Numbered from the stretch's first letter, positions 33,840 to 47,071 are shown. The stretch is DNA of 60,827 nucleotides from a bacterium (GCA_963656345.1 CAVKHY010000001.1:1-60827), one strand, 5' to 3'. The notes: generated by a model from the sequence alone, not told the origin. Made by a program: numbers and translations.

Positions 33840-35798
33840 TTAGGCCTGCAGGGCTTCACAGGCGTCCATCCACAGCTTGACTTCCGCATCGGAAGGCATC
33901 CGCCAGTCTCCCCGAGGGCTGAGGGCAATGGAGCCGATTTTCACCCCGTCCGGCATACAGTTCCGCTTGAATTGCTGGTTGAAGAAGCGGCGATAGAAGT
34001 TTTTCAGCCACTTCAGGATGGTGGCCTTGTCGAAGTCCTCCGCAAAGGCAGTGCAGCACATGGCATAAATCTTTTCGGGACGGAAGCCGAACCGCACCGC
34101 ATAATACAGGAAGAAATCATGCAGGGCGTAAGGTCCCACCAGGTCTTCTGTCTGCTGGGCAATGTTGCCCTTTTCATCCGGGGGCAGAAGCTCCGGACTG
34201 ATGGGCGTATCCAGAATCCGCAGCAGCACCTGCCGGGCAGGAGCAAAATCCTCTCCGTCCGCCGCTGCCTGAATCACCCAGCGAACCAGGGTTTTGGGCA
34301 CACCGCTGTTGACACCGTACATGCTCATATGATCCGCATTGTAGGTGCACCAGCCCAGGGCAATCTCCGACAGATCTCCCGTGCCCAGCACAATGCCGCC
34401 AAACTGATTGGCTACATCCATCAGGATCTGGGTGCGCTCACGAGCCTGCGCATTTTCATAGGTCACGGAATGGTCGCTTTCATCATGACCGATGTCCCGG
34501 AAGTGCAGCCGAACCGCCTCATGAATGGGAATTTCCCGCTGGCTGACGCCCAGGGTGCGCATCAGTTCCAATGCGGACTGATACGTCCAGTCCGTGGTGC
34601 CGAAGCAGGGCATGGTGATGCCCAGAATATTTTCCCGGGGCTTGCCCATCATGTCCATGGCTTTGCAGGCAGCCAGCAGGGCGAGGGTGGAATCCAGCCC
34701 GCCGGAAATGCCCACCACCACCTTGCCGCCGGTAATGGCCAGCCGCCGTGCCAGCGCCGTGGCCTGCATGGCGAAGATCTGCTCGCACCGCATCTGCCGC
34801 TGTGCCTTGTCCGAGGGAATGAATGGATGCTTGCCCACCCGCATCAGGGTCGGCACATCATCCGGCAGGTACAGGCTGCCGGTATAGGAGGCAGAGGCGC
34901 TTGCTCCTTTTTGCGCCCACCGGGCAGCCGCATCCCGGAAGCTGGACTGCCGCAGACGGTCCGCACGAATCCGCTCCACATCGATGTCCGCATACAGGAG
35001 ATAATCATCGGCCAGGTAGCCTTCATTTTCTTTCAGCATGGTGCCGCAGGAGGCAATCATGCTGTGGCCGGAGAAGACCAGGTCGCTGGTGGATTCGCCG
35101 CTGCCGGCGGATACATACACATAGCCGCACAGCTCTCGGGCAGATTGCTGGCGAACCAGCTCCTGCCGGTATTCCCGCTTGCCGATCAGCTCGTTGGAAG
35201 CGGAAAGGTTCACAATGATCTCTGCCCCGTTCAGTGTCAGCAGAGTGCTGGGGGGAAGGGGAGACCAAAGATCCTCACACAACTCCACCCCGAAGGCAAC
35301 TCCGTCCCGGCTGCGAATCACCTGGGGCTGAGGCCGCATTTTCGACAGCAGGATGTTGGCAGATGCAGTCTCCTGGGCGCCATCCTCCGGCAGGGTGGAA
35401 AACCAACGCTTCTCGTAAAATTCTCCGTTATTGGGCAGGTACTCCTTGGGAATCACAGCCACGATGCCGTCCGTATCATCCCGATGCAGCACCACTGCAC
35501 AGTTGTACAGTCCGCCGTTTCCTGCCACAGGCGCGCCGACCACAGCCGTCAGATCTTCCGGCATTTCGCTGCACAGACGCTGAATACCGTTTAGCACTCC
35601 ATCCAGCAAGGGTTTTTGAAAGAACAAATCGCCGCAGGTATAGCCTGTCAGGGATAATTCGGGGAACACCACCAGAGAGGCATGATGTGCGGCAGCTTCC
35701 TTCATCATGGCCAGATGAGCTTCAACATTTTTCTGCACATTGCCCAGGTGAAGATGGGGCACCGCAGCACCGACACGTACCAAACCTTTCATGTGCAT
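33840..35798 (-). CDS. nadE: Glutamine-dependent NAD(+) synthetase
   Basis: N-terminal CN-hydrolase domain (VVFPELSLTGY). C-terminal synthetase domain with SGGLDST PP-loop. 652 aa. Confidence 0.9.
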   Translation of the reverse strand: MHMKGLVRVGAAVPHLHLGNVQKNVEAHLAMMKEAAAHHASLVVFPELSLTGYTCGDLFFQKPLLDGVLNGIQRLCSEMPEDLTAVVGAPVAGNGGLYNCAVVLHRDDTDGIVAVIPKEYLPNNGEFYEKRWFSTLPEDGAQETASANILLSKMRPQPQVIRSRDGVAFGVELCEDLWSPLPPSTLLTLNGAEIIVNLSASNELIGKREYRQELVRQQSARELCGYVYVSAGSGESTSDLVFSGHSMIASCGTMLKENEGYLADDYLLYADIDVERIRADRLRQSSFRDAAARWAQKGASASASYTGSLYLPDDVPTLMRVGKHPFIPSDKAQRQMRCEQIFAMQATALARRLAITGGKVVVGISGGLDSTLALLAACKAMDMMGKPRENILGITMPCFGTTDWTYQSALELMRTLGVSQREIPIHEAVRLHFRDIGHDESDHSVTYENAQARERTQILMDVANQFGGIVLGTGDLSEIALGWCTYNADHMSMYGVNSGVPKTLVRWVIQAAADGEDFAPARQVLLRILDTPISPELLPPDEKGNIAQQTEDLVGPYALHDFFLYYAVRFGFRPEKIYAMCCTAFAEDFDKATILKWLKNFYRRFFNQQFKRNCMPDGVKIGSIALSPRGDWRMPSDAEVKLWMDACEALQA

Positions 35799-35806
35799 GA
35801 ACCTCC

Positions 35807-36298
35807 CTAAAATTCCTTCAGTTCTGCCTGCAAATGTCCTGCATCATCGGCCGTCAGCAGCGCCAAGCGGCCATCCGCTGCACTGCCGGGATTCAGCAGA
35901 AGCAGCCCGTCCTCCGTTTTGCATAAAGGACAGTGGGTGTGACCGAACAAGGCGGCCTGACAGCCCAGTTCCCGAGCGTGATGAGCCAGTACCCCATAGG
36001 TCTGCTTCACTGCATAGTGATGACCGTGGCACGCCAGCAGGTACGCATCGCCCAAGCGAATCAGCCGCTGCATGGGTACGTCTTCCACACCCAGGTCGCA
36101 GTTGCCCTTGACCCCGACGGGCACACACTTGGGATCCCGCATAAGCAGGAAATTTTCCAGCCGCTGAAAGTCCCTTGCGCCATCTCCCAGGTGAATGTAA
36201 TAATCCACAGATCCTGTGGTTCGCCACAGCTGCTCCAGCATCCACCGAAGCCCTTCTTCATCCCCATGGCTGTCGGAAAGAATCACCGCCCGCTTCAT
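35807..36298 (-). CDS. YfcE/MJ0936-family metallophosphoesterase
   Basis: Motifs [16 protein letters not shown] and GHTH. ATGA overlap with the upstream gene. Confidence 0.8.
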   Translation of the reverse strand: MKRAVILSDSHGDEEGLRWMLEQLWRTTGSVDYYIHLGDGARDFQRLENFLLMRDPKCVPVGVKGNCDLGVEDVPMQRLIRLGDAYLLACHGHHYAVKQTYGVLAHHARELGCQAALFGHTHCPLCKTEDGLLLLNPGSAADGRLALLTADDAGHLQAELKEF

Positions 36299-37611
36299 TT
36301 GGCAGACTCCTTCATGACCTCCAGCATCTTTTCACAGGCACGGGCGCGGTGGCTGACGGCGTTCTTTTCTTCCTCCGTCATTTCGGCGAAGGTCTTGTTC
36401 AGCGGCTCATACAGGAACAGAGGGTCATAGCCGAAGCCGCCTTCCCCGCGCTCTTCTTCCAGCAGCAGACCGGGGCATACACCTTCCACCACCTTAGGTT
36501 CCTCGCCGGGGATTTTCAGTGCCAAGGCACAGTGGAAAGCCGCCGTCCGGGGGAACTTGCCTTTCATCCGCCGCAGCAGCAGGGCATTATTGGCCTTGTC
36601 ATCTCCGTGAACGCCGGCATACCGGGCAGAGTATACCCCGGGTTCGCCGTCCAGTTCATCCACGGCAAGGCCGCTGTCATCTGCCAAGGTGGGCAGACCG
36701 GTGGCTTCGCAAACCTTTTCCGCCTTGATAACGGCATTCTCCGCAAAGGTTTCTCCCGTTTCTTCAATTTCTCCGCGGAAACCGGCGGCATACATGCTGA
36801 TAACGGTGTAATAATCCTTAAAGATGTCCTGCAGCTCCTTCAGCTTGTGCTCGTTGCCGGAAGCTACCACCAGCGGCGGTTTGGGATCAATATGCCGAAC
36901 CCGGTCGCCCAGGGCGCGCCGCTGCGCCTTCATCAGGGCACGAATGCCCTTTTCCCCGTAGGTCATCAGGGTATCCAATTCCTCCCGGGTAAACGCCCGG
37001 CCTTCTCCTGTGCCCTGGAGTTCAATAAACTCGCCGTGTTCATTCATCACCAGGTTCATGTCCACCTGGGCATGGCTGTCTTCCTCATAGCACAGATCCA
37101 GGCAGGGGGTATCGTTGACCACGCCGCAGGAAATGGCGGCCACTTGATGCCGAATGGGGGACATGGTCAGCTTACCTTCCCTGACCAGCTTATCCACGGC
37201 GCAGGTGAGCGCTACCATGGCGCCGGTGATGGAGGCGGTGCGGGTGCCGCCGTCGGCTTCCAACACGTCGCAATCCAAGGTGATGGTTCGTTCACCCAGC
37301 AGCTCCATATCTACGGCCTGCCGCAGGGCACGACCGATGAGCCGCTGAATTTCTACGCTCCGGCCGTCCTTCTTTACCCCGTCACGCTTCTTCCGCACGC
37401 CGGTGGAGGCAGGCAGCATGGCATACTCCGCCGTGACCCAGCCTTGTCCCTTTCCCTTCAGAAAGGGAGGAACCGTATCCTCAACCGAGGCAGTGCAGAT
37501 CACCCGGGTGTTTCCGGTGGCGATCAGGCAGCTGCCGTCGGCGGTGCGTACAAAGTCGGTTTCAATCTTGACCTTACGGGGTTCATCAGGGGTACGTCCA
37601 TCAATGCGCAT
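36295..37611 (-). CDS. rph: Fusion protein: ribonuclease PH (N-terminal) plus RdgB/HAM1 dITP/XTP pyrophosphatase (C-terminal)
   Basis: AAGGAGG RBS then ATG 37611. The RNase PH part is [14 protein letters not shown]...[12 protein letters not shown]...[12 protein letters not shown]. The RdgB part is [14 protein letters not shown]...FGYDPLF...KNAVSHRA. Confidence 0.85.
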   Translation of the reverse strand: MRIDGRTPDEPRKVKIETDFVRTADGSCLIATGNTRVICTASVEDTVPPFLKGKGQGWVTAEYAMLPASTGVRKKRDGVKKDGRSVEIQRLIGRALRQAVDMELLGERTITLDCDVLEADGGTRTASITGAMVALTCAVDKLVREGKLTMSPIRHQVAAISCGVVNDTPCLDLCYEEDSHAQVDMNLVMNEHGEFIELQGTGEGRAFTREELDTLMTYGEKGIRALMKAQRRALGDRVRHIDPKPPLVVASGNEHKLKELQDIFKDYYTVISMYAAGFRGEIEETGETFAENAVIKAEKVCEATGLPTLADDSGLAVDELDGEPGVYSARYAGVHGDDKANNALLLRRMKGKFPRTAAFHCALALKIPGEEPKVVEGVCPGLLLEEERGEGGFGYDPLFLYEPLNKTFAEMTEEEKNAVSHRARACEKMLEVMKESAK

Positions 37612-37668
37612 GGTTTGTTTTCCTCCTTGAGGGTTCAACATGAGACGGTGTTTTGCTCTATCAGCATG

Positions 37669-38097
37669 TCAGTCTTTTTCAGACTGTCTGACGGCTTCCT
37701 TGTTGGTGTCAATGGTTCCGCGGTAGACCACCAACCGCTGGTAGAAATATTCGGTGACAAAGTTGATCAGCATGTTCAATGCTTCCACCAGCCAGTGGCT
37801 CATACCTGCACGATCCAGTGCCGTGCCCCACCAGGCAGACAGGGGCGTGAACACCAGATAGTACAGGGCGACCAGTGCCATGGAACGGGGCAGGCTGGCG
37901 TCAGAGCGGAAGGTATATTTCCGGTTAAAGGTAAAGTTCCACAGTACGCTGAGCACCAGCGATGGGACGTAGCTCAGCCAGTAATCCGTCAGGCCGAAAA
38001 CCTCGTGCAGCAGCGTATAACTGCCCACCTGAATCAGTCCTGCCGAAGCAGAGAACAGGGTAAACTTGACGGCCTGCCAAAGATCCTTCTTTTTCAT
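37669..38097 (-). CDS. GtrA-family membrane protein
   Basis: About 142 aa with 4 TMs. Contains KFTLFSASAGLIQVGSYTLL and NFTFNRKYTF. The start lies 1 nt after the upstream stop. Confidence 0.8.
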   Translation of the reverse strand: MKKKDLWQAVKFTLFSASAGLIQVGSYTLLHEVFGLTDYWLSYVPSLVLSVLWNFTFNRKYTFRSDASLPRSMALVALYYLVFTPLSAWWGTALDRAGMSHWLVEALNMLINFVTEYFYQRLVVYRGTIDTNKEAVRQSEKD

Positions 38098-38098
38098 C

Positions 38099-39217
38099 TT
38101 AGTTCTCTTCTCCCTTGTGCCATACATGGAAGCAGTTGCCGCCCGCCCCCTTGGCGTGATACATGGCCTGATCCGCTTGGCGGTACAGCTTGTCAAAGGT
38201 CATGCCTGTATCCTGGGCATAAGCAATGCCCAGGCTGGCGGTAATGGCCACGCTCCTGCCTGTTTCATCGGTCATCACTCGCTGCACGGTTTGCACCAGC
38301 AGCTGGGCACGGCTTTCCAGCAGCGCAGTGTCCGGAATATCCTGCATGAAGATCAGGAATTCATCCCCCCCCAGGCGGCACAGCACGTCCGTAGCACGGA
38401 ACAGTCCCTGTACGTCTCTGGCGACTTCCAGCAAGGCCTGATCGCCGAATTGGTGCCCCAGCTGGTCGTTCAATTCCTTGAAATGATCCAGGTCAAAGAG
38501 CATCATGGCTGCATCCTTGCTGCCTGCATACAGGGCGGCGGTAATGCGCCGCTCCGCACAGGCTCGGGTGTTCAGCCGGGTCAGGCTGTCCGTATCCCGC
38601 TGATTCACCAGCTCCGCCCGGCCGATAATCTGGCTCAAACGGTTGTGGGTGCAATTCTGCATCACAGCCTGATTCACCAGGAAGAAAATGCAGATCGCCA
38701 GCGTGTCCGACGCCACGTTTCTATGCATGGGCGAAAGCGCCACACTCAATACATAGCAAACGGACAGGAATGCATTCACCAGCGTCAGCCGCAGGGGATA
38801 GTCCAGAATGTATACGCACATGAGAAGCTGCATGCCGCAGAAAAGGGCGGTGGCATTGGAAGTCTCCCGGGTGCAGTTGAAGTAGATAATGACCAGGCTG
38901 AAGCAGAAGCCGATCAGGTAGGCGCCGTTGCTGGGCCATTTCTTTCCCTTGATGTGCTGCCATTGCCCCACAAACCAGGCAATGAGGCAGATAACGATCA
39001 ATGCCGCCACCTCCGGCAGCAGGGAGCGAATATCTTTGATGATCAGCACCGGAATCAGGGCAATGACGCACAGACCTGCCATCATGCGGCACAGCACCTT
39101 CAGCAGCTGCCAGTTGGTGGCCACCACTTCATCTGCATACAGCCGGAACACATCCAGGGAATATCCGCCGTAAAGGAAGCTCTTCAAGGTTCTTGTCAAT
39201 CTCTCTCGCAAGCGCAT
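38099..39217 (-). CDS. Membrane-anchored diguanylate cyclase (GGDEF) with I-site
   Basis: GAAGGAGGG RBS then ATG 39217. N-terminal multi-TM region. RATDVLCRLGGDEF carries RxxD five residues before GGDEF. Confidence 0.85.
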   Translation of the reverse strand: MRLRERLTRTLKSFLYGGYSLDVFRLYADEVVATNWQLLKVLCRMMAGLCVIALIPVLIIKDIRSLLPEVAALIVICLIAWFVGQWQHIKGKKWPSNGAYLIGFCFSLVIIYFNCTRETSNATALFCGMQLLMCVYILDYPLRLTLVNAFLSVCYVLSVALSPMHRNVASDTLAICIFFLVNQAVMQNCTHNRLSQIIGRAELVNQRDTDSLTRLNTRACAERRITAALYAGSKDAAMMLFDLDHFKELNDQLGHQFGDQALLEVARDVQGLFRATDVLCRLGGDEFLIFMQDIPDTALLESRAQLLVQTVQRVMTDETGRSVAITASLGIAYAQDTGMTFDKLYRQADQAMYHAKGAGGNCFHVWHKGEEN

Positions 39218-39239
39218 GGTTCCCTCCTTCTGGCGATGC

Positions 39240-40298
39240 TCATACCAGGCGCAAAGCGGGCTGCGCATTCAGGGTCAGAGAGGCAATCTCCCCACGCAGC
39301 AGCCGGTAATAGGCCGCTGAACCGATCATGGCGCCGTTGTCCGTGCACAGTCCAAGCTTAGGCATGTACAGGGGTAGTCCCGCCTTGTCGCAGGCCTCCT
39401 GCATCATTCGCCGCAGCAGCCGATTGGCGGATACCCCTCCGGCCATGGCAAGGGCCGGCGCATGGGTTTCTTTGGCGGCCAGCAATGCCTTGTCTACCAG
39501 GCTGGAGACCACTGCGTACCGGAAGGTTGCGGCCATGTCTGCCTTGTTCAGGGTTTCTCCCTTCTGCTCTGCCTTGTGGACAAGGTTCAGGAAAGCAGTC
39601 TTCAGCCCGGAAAAGGAATAGTCATACCGCCCTTCCGTGTGGGGGTGGGGCAACTGAAAAGCGTGGGGATTGCCTACCTCTGCCAGCGCATCAATGCGGG
39701 GACCGCCGGGGTACGGAAGCCCCAGCACCCGGGCGGCCTTGTCGAAGGCTTCGCCTGCCGCATCGTCAAAGGTTTGCCCCAGCAGGGTATACACCCCGTA
39801 ATCCTCCACCCGCACCAGATGACTGTGCCCGCCGGACACCACCAGGCACACGAAAGGCGGCTTCAGGTCTGGATGGGTCAGATAGTTGGCAGATACGTGG
39901 CCCTCAATGTGGTTCACCGGAATCAGGGGCTTTTGCAGGGCGTAGCTTAAACCCTTCATGCAGTTAACGCCGGTCAGCAGCGCCCCCACCAATCCGGGAC
40001 CGTAGGTCACGGCGAGAGCGTCAATGTCGTCAAAGGTCATGCCGGCCTCTGCCAGTGCCTGATCGATCACCCGGTCGCAGGCCTCCACATGGGCGCGGCT
40101 GGCAATTTCGGGCACCACGCCGCCATACAGGGCATGAAGGTCAATCTGGCTGAAAATCACATTGGCACAGATCTTGCGTCCGTTTTCAATAATCGCCGCA
40201 GCCGTTTCATCGCAGGAGCTTTCCAAGGAGAGAATCCGTACAGTATCCTTTTTGCAAAGGCTTGCTGCTTTTTCGGCCATGGCCTGTTCAAAATCCAT
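39240..40298 (-). CDS. tsaD: tRNA N6-adenosine threonylcarbamoyltransferase
   Basis: ILSLESSCDETAAAI, GGVVPEIASRAH and VSGGHSH motifs. The start at 40298 is tentative; 40280 is also possible. Confidence 0.9.
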   Translation of the reverse strand: MDFEQAMAEKAASLCKKDTVRILSLESSCDETAAAIIENGRKICANVIFSQIDLHALYGGVVPEIASRAHVEACDRVIDQALAEAGMTFDDIDALAVTYGPGLVGALLTGVNCMKGLSYALQKPLIPVNHIEGHVSANYLTHPDLKPPFVCLVVSGGHSHLVRVEDYGVYTLLGQTFDDAAGEAFDKAARVLGLPYPGGPRIDALAEVGNPHAFQLPHPHTEGRYDYSFSGLKTAFLNLVHKAEQKGETLNKADMAATFRYAVVSSLVDKALLAAKETHAPALAMAGGVSANRLLRRMMQEACDKAGLPLYMPKLGLCTDNGAMIGSAAYYRLLRGEIASLTLNAQPALRLV

Positions 40299-40332
40299 TA
40301 CGGTACCTTCTTTAATCGGGAATTCGGGAAAA

Positions 40333-41016
40333 TCAAGGATGACGCTGCCGGTGGAGGAGAATGCCCGCAACCACCGTAGCAGTCACCAAAGCGGTTAGCC
40401 AAAGCCCGGCAATAATGGCCGCCCAGTCCACAAAGAATTGGGTGGGCATCAGCCGAATCAGCAAATCCGTCTGGGGATTGAGCAGCCACAGGTCATTGCT
40501 GAAGAAAGTCTGATGAAAGCGGACAAACAGTCCTTCAAAGTCTGTCAGTCCCCACACCACCAGCGTCAGACACAGGAGCAGCACCAGCCCGTTTCCGGTC
40601 AAGAATCCGGCGGTGCCTCTGCCCCAATTCTTGCCCAGCACAAGGGTTAGGATGCACAGGCAGGCTGCGGCGGCTGACAGCAGCATAATGCCTCTGCACA
40701 GGTGGAAAAGCTGCAGGCAATCTGCCATGTGGGTCTGCTCTCTGGTGTTGAAGCAGCTGACTTCCATGCCTTCATCATTGGTGAAGGTGTACTGGAAAGC
40801 GGTGTTGCCCCCTGCCAGGTACTTGGCAATCATGGAGGCCATGCCTGCATATTCTGCATCCGGCAGGCCTGTCTCCCCATAGGAAGTATGGCTTGTCAGC
40901 ATGGACTGCATCACGGACGAGGAGGCAGCACTGCCGCCAATCAGGGCGGACAGCGTGAGCACTGCCAGGGACAGGGACAGCAGAAGACCCACAAGAAACA
41001 TGCAGGCTCGTTTCAT
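40333..41016 (-). CDS. TIGR01906/DUF1461-like integral membrane protein
   Basis: 227 aa with an N-terminal TM. C-terminal FHQTFFSNDLWLLNPQTDLLIRLMPTQFF followed by a TM. Confidence 0.7.
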   Translation of the reverse strand: MKRACMFLVGLLLSLSLAVLTLSALIGGSAASSSVMQSMLTSHTSYGETGLPDAEYAGMASMIAKYLAGGNTAFQYTFTNDEGMEVSCFNTREQTHMADCLQLFHLCRGIMLLSAAAACLCILTLVLGKNWGRGTAGFLTGNGLVLLLCLTLVVWGLTDFEGLFVRFHQTFFSNDLWLLNPQTDLLIRLMPTQFFVDWAAIIAGLWLTALVTATVVAGILLHRQRHP

Positions 41017-41025
41017 GGCAGGCGC

Positions 41026-42126
41026 TTACTGCATCTTCAGGTAGGCAGTCACGAAGCCTTCCAGGTTGCCGTCCATCACGTCCTCAATGTTGCCCACTTC
41101 GTAGCCCGTCCGGTGATCCTTCACCATGGTATAGGGCTGGAACACGTAGGAGCGGATCTGGCTGCCCCATTCGATTTTCTTCATTTCGCCCTTAATGTCC
41201 GCCATCTGCTGTTCCTTTTCCCGTTCACGGATTTCCAACAGCTTGGCCTTCAACATCTTCAAGCAGGTTGCCCGGTTCTGCACCTGGTCACGCTCGGTTT
41301 GGCAGCTGACCACAATGCCGGAAGGATAGTGAGTCATCCGCACGGCGGAACTGGTCTTGTTCACGTTCTGTCCGCCTGCGCCGGAGGAGTGGTAGGTATC
41401 CACCCGCACATCCTTCATGTTGATTTCGATTTCTCCGTCATCATCGTCCAGAATGGGCGCAACGTCCAGGGAAGCAAAGGAGGTGTGCCGACGGGCGTTG
41501 GCATCAAAGGGGCTGATGCGCACCAGGCGGTGCACGCCCTTCTCACCGCGGAGGTAGCCGTAGGCATGGTCGCCGCTGACCTCGAAGGTAACGGACTTAA
41601 TGCCTGCTTCATCTCCGTCCAGCAGATCCAGCAGCTTCACCTGGAAGCCCATCTGCTCGCAGTACCGGGTGTACATGCGGTACAGCATCTGGGTCCAGTC
41701 CTGTGCTTCCGTTCCACCTGCACCGGCGTGGAGGGAAAGGATGGCATCGGAATCGTCATAGTCGCCCCGCATCAGGGTTTCCAGCTCCAGCGCATCGGAC
41801 TGCTCCTTCAGTTTGGTCAGTTCAATGCCGATTTCCTCGCCCATGGAGTCGTCATTTTCCTCCTCGGCCAGGGAGATCATGACTTCAATGTCGTCCGCCG
41901 TGGAGAGAAGCTTCTCGTAGTGCTCCAGCCGATCCTTCAGCTTGCCGAGCTTCTGGTTCACCTTGGCAGAATGATCCGCATCGTTCCAGAATTCAGGCTG
42001 ATTCATTTCTTCCGTCAGCTCGTCGATTTGCTCCCGAATGTGATCCACATGCAGGGCTTCGCCGGCCGTGATGATTTGGTTGCGGACGTTTCCCACGTCC
42101 CGGGTATATTGTTCCAGTTCCAGCAT
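41026..42126 (-). CDS. prfB: Peptide chain release factor 2 (single uninterrupted frame)
   Basis: SPF tripeptide (RISPFD) and GGQ (SGAGGQNVN). 366 aa in one frame from ATG 42126. Confidence 0.9.
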   Translation of the reverse strand: MLELEQYTRDVGNVRNQIITAGEALHVDHIREQIDELTEEMNQPEFWNDADHSAKVNQKLGKLKDRLEHYEKLLSTADDIEVMISLAEEENDDSMGEEIGIELTKLKEQSDALELETLMRGDYDDSDAILSLHAGAGGTEAQDWTQMLYRMYTRYCEQMGFQVKLLDLLDGDEAGIKSVTFEVSGDHAYGYLRGEKGVHRLVRISPFDANARRHTSFASLDVAPILDDDDGEIEINMKDVRVDTYHSSGAGGQNVNKTSSAVRMTHYPSGIVVSCQTERDQVQNRATCLKMLKAKLLEIREREKEQQMADIKGEMKKIEWGSQIRSYVFQPYTMVKDHRTGYEVGNIEDVMDGNLEGFVTAYLKMQ

Positions 42127-42198
42127 TGTACAGCGTATCCTCTCTTTAGAAAACGTGGATTAGAAAGCGTGGGGTGTATCCGTTGTGCAGTTCCGGCC

Positions 42199-44898
<2,700 letters not shown>

Positions 44899-44988
44899 AC
44901 TTTATCTCCTTAATGAATGAATCATCCTCTTATCCGGTCAAGGCCTAGGCCAGGAACGGGGAGCCCATAGCATGGAAACTCAAAATAT

Positions 44989-45017
44989 AGTATACCATTA
45001 AACCCCTGTTCCTTCAA
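44989..45017 (-). promoter_or_regulatory. Candidate secA promoter (TTGAAG-17-TATACT with TGn extended -10)
   Basis: The minus strand reads TTGAAG gaacaggggtttaaTGg TATACT, about 90 nt upstream of the secA ATG. Confidence 0.55.
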
Positions 45018-45081
45018 GAAAATATTCAGGAAAACGGTGACAGCTGCGGAACGAAGGGCGGAAGGAGATTGCGCATGGCAA

Positions 45082-45122
45082 GAAAAAAGCCTCCCTCGAG
45101 GTCAGCAGACTTCGAAGGAGGC
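45082..45122 (-). terminator. Intrinsic terminator after the TlpA-like gene
   Basis: Minus-strand stem GCCTCCTTCGA / TCGAGGGAGGC followed by TTTTTT. Confidence 0.7.
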
Positions 45123-45146
45123 AAACAGAGAAAAGAATGCGCAAAC

Positions 45147-46130
45147 TTATTTTGTCATATCGGCGGCAAGGGCCTGATCAATCAGCTCCTGCAAGGCCTT
45201 TGCCTGACTTTCGCCGGTAATAGCACCCACAATGGGATCGCCTACCAGGTTGCCATTCCGGTCAACCACATAGGTGGTAGGATAGGCAAAAATGTTCTCG
45301 GTGAACTGACCGGCTTCGCTGTCGCTGGCAAAGTACACATTCTGATAGGTGGCACCCTTCTTTTCCAGCACGGCCTTAGCTTCTGCAATGGCATCCGCAT
45401 CTCCGTCCAGGGTGAAGGCGTTAATGCCGATGAGGGCACCGCCCTTTTCAGCCAGTTCCTTGTTCATGGCATCCAGCTCGCTGAGCTCGCCCACGCAGGG
45501 GTTGCAGGTGGTAAACCAGAAGTTTACGACTGTTACTGCATTGGCGGCAAAAAGGTCGCTGCTGTTCACCACATTGCCGTCCAGATCCATGCCTTCAAAG
45601 GAAGGAAACTTTTCGGCAGTGTCATCCATGGTTACGGTTACGCCGGCAGCATCAGCGGATACTTCCATACCGCTGTCCGTGGACACTACCATGCTTGCAT
45701 CCGCAGGCACGCTCATGGTGCCGGTGTTGCCGTCAATGGCGTCCTGCTTGGCGTTGGGATACACAGCCAGCAAGGCTTCCACATCATCTTCGATGGTCCG
45801 GATCTTTTCTGCTTCCCCGGTGATCAGGGTCAACTCTTCTGTCGTGAACTGATCTTTGGCGGATTCAATGGTATCCAGCAGAAATTTGCCGTAGTTTTCC
45901 CCGGTGGCAACGGAGATCATCGCCTTGTCCTTATCCATGGCCATGAAAACCTTTTCCCACAGGGCGGCATTTTCGCCCAGAATGGCATTTTCCTGATCCT
46001 TCAGTTCCAGGTACTTGGCGGCAGCTTCTTCAGCCGTCATGGTGGTGTCAACCTCTGCCCATGCTGTGCTTGCGAGGGCCATGCTGCACACCAGCACAAG
46101 AGTCAGCACCGTCATCAAAAACTTCTTCAT
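45147..46130 (-). CDS. Secreted TlpA/ResA-like thioredoxin-fold protein (CNPC active site) with ~170-aa N-terminal extension
   Basis: Signal peptide MKKFLMTVLTLVLVCSMALASTAWA. Thioredoxin motif VVNFWFTTCNPCVGELSEL. ATGA overlap with the upstream gene. Confidence 0.8.
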   Translation of the reverse strand: MKKFLMTVLTLVLVCSMALASTAWAEVDTTMTAEEAAAKYLELKDQENAILGENAALWEKVFMAMDKDKAMISVATGENYGKFLLDTIESAKDQFTTEELTLITGEAEKIRTIEDDVEALLAVYPNAKQDAIDGNTGTMSVPADASMVVSTDSGMEVSADAAGVTVTMDDTAEKFPSFEGMDLDGNVVNSSDLFAANAVTVVNFWFTTCNPCVGELSELDAMNKELAEKGGALIGINAFTLDGDADAIAEAKAVLEKKGATYQNVYFASDSEAGQFTENIFAYPTTYVVDRNGNLVGDPIVGAITGESQAKALQELIDQALAADMTK

Positions 46131-47071
46131 GGTTGTTCCTCCTGTTCTTTCACGAACTGAATTTTTTGCGGCGCATCGGCCGCTGCCTTATCTTTACCGG
46201 TGCCAAAGCCGTAACGATAGCGCACAGCCTTGGTTGGGCAGGCACGAATACACATTCCACATCGGATGCACTCGGTGTGGTTAGGGGTTTTGGTCACGTT
46301 CACGTCCATCTTGCAGACCTTTGCGCACTTCCCGCAGGAAACGCACTTGCGCTGATCCACCTTCATCTGACACAGGGAGACCTTGTTCATCAAGGCGTAA
46401 ATGGCGCCCAAAGGACACAGCCACTTGCAGAAGGGACGGTAGAACAGCATACTGAGGATCACAACCGCTACCAACACAAAGAACTTCCATGCGAACAAGT
46501 CGCCCAAGGCTTCCCGAATACCGGAATTCACAATGGACAGGGGAATGGCGCCTTCCAGCACGCCTTGGGGACAAAGGTACTTGCAGAAGAAGGGATCCCC
46601 CATCCCTACGTCATTCACCGCCAAAGCCGGTAAAAGGATGACCATCACCAGCAGAATGACGTACTTCAGGTAGGTGAGGGGTTTCAGCTTCCTGGTGGAA
46701 AACTTTTTGACGGGAATCTTGTGCAGCAATTCCTGGAACCAGCCGAAAGGACAAAGGAATCCGCAAATGAACCGCCCCAGCAGAACGCCGAACAAGATCA
46801 GGATGCCCACAATATAATAGGAAAAGCTGAACTTGGAAGAACCGATCACCGCCTGCAGGGAACCGATGGGGCACGCGCCGGTGGCTGCCGGACAGGAGTA
46901 GCAGTTCAGCCCGGGCACACAGACGGTTTTCGCATCTCCCCGGTAAAGGGTGCCCTTAAAAAAGTTGGGCAGATGGATGTTGGTCAGCAGCGTGGCTGCA
47001 GCCTGGATCCATCCCCGGAAGCGGGCGAACAAATGGGAAAAGCCCGAAAATTTCTTACCCAATGCCCACAC
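46127..47071 (-). CDS. Integral-membrane polyferredoxin (NapH/MauN/YccM-like 4Fe-4S binding protein)
   Basis: Membrane CxxCP-type motifs CYSCPAATGACPIGSLQ, CGFLCPFGWFQE, CKYLCPQGVLE and CKWLCPLGAIY. C-terminal CVSCGKCAKVC and CIRCGMCIRACP. Confidence 0.8.
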   Translation of the reverse strand: MWALGKKFSGFSHLFARFRGWIQAAATLLTNIHLPNFFKGTLYRGDAKTVCVPGLNCYSCPAATGACPIGSLQAVIGSSKFSFSYYIVGILILFGVLLGRFICGFLCPFGWFQELLHKIPVKKFSTRKLKPLTYLKYVILLVMVILLPALAVNDVGMGDPFFCKYLCPQGVLEGAIPLSIVNSGIREALGDLFAWKFFVLVAVVILSMLFYRPFCKWLCPLGAIYALMNKVSLCQMKVDQRKCVSCGKCAKVCKMDVNVTKTPNHTECIRCGMCIRACPTKAVRYRYGFGTGKDKAAADAPQKIQFVKEQEEQP

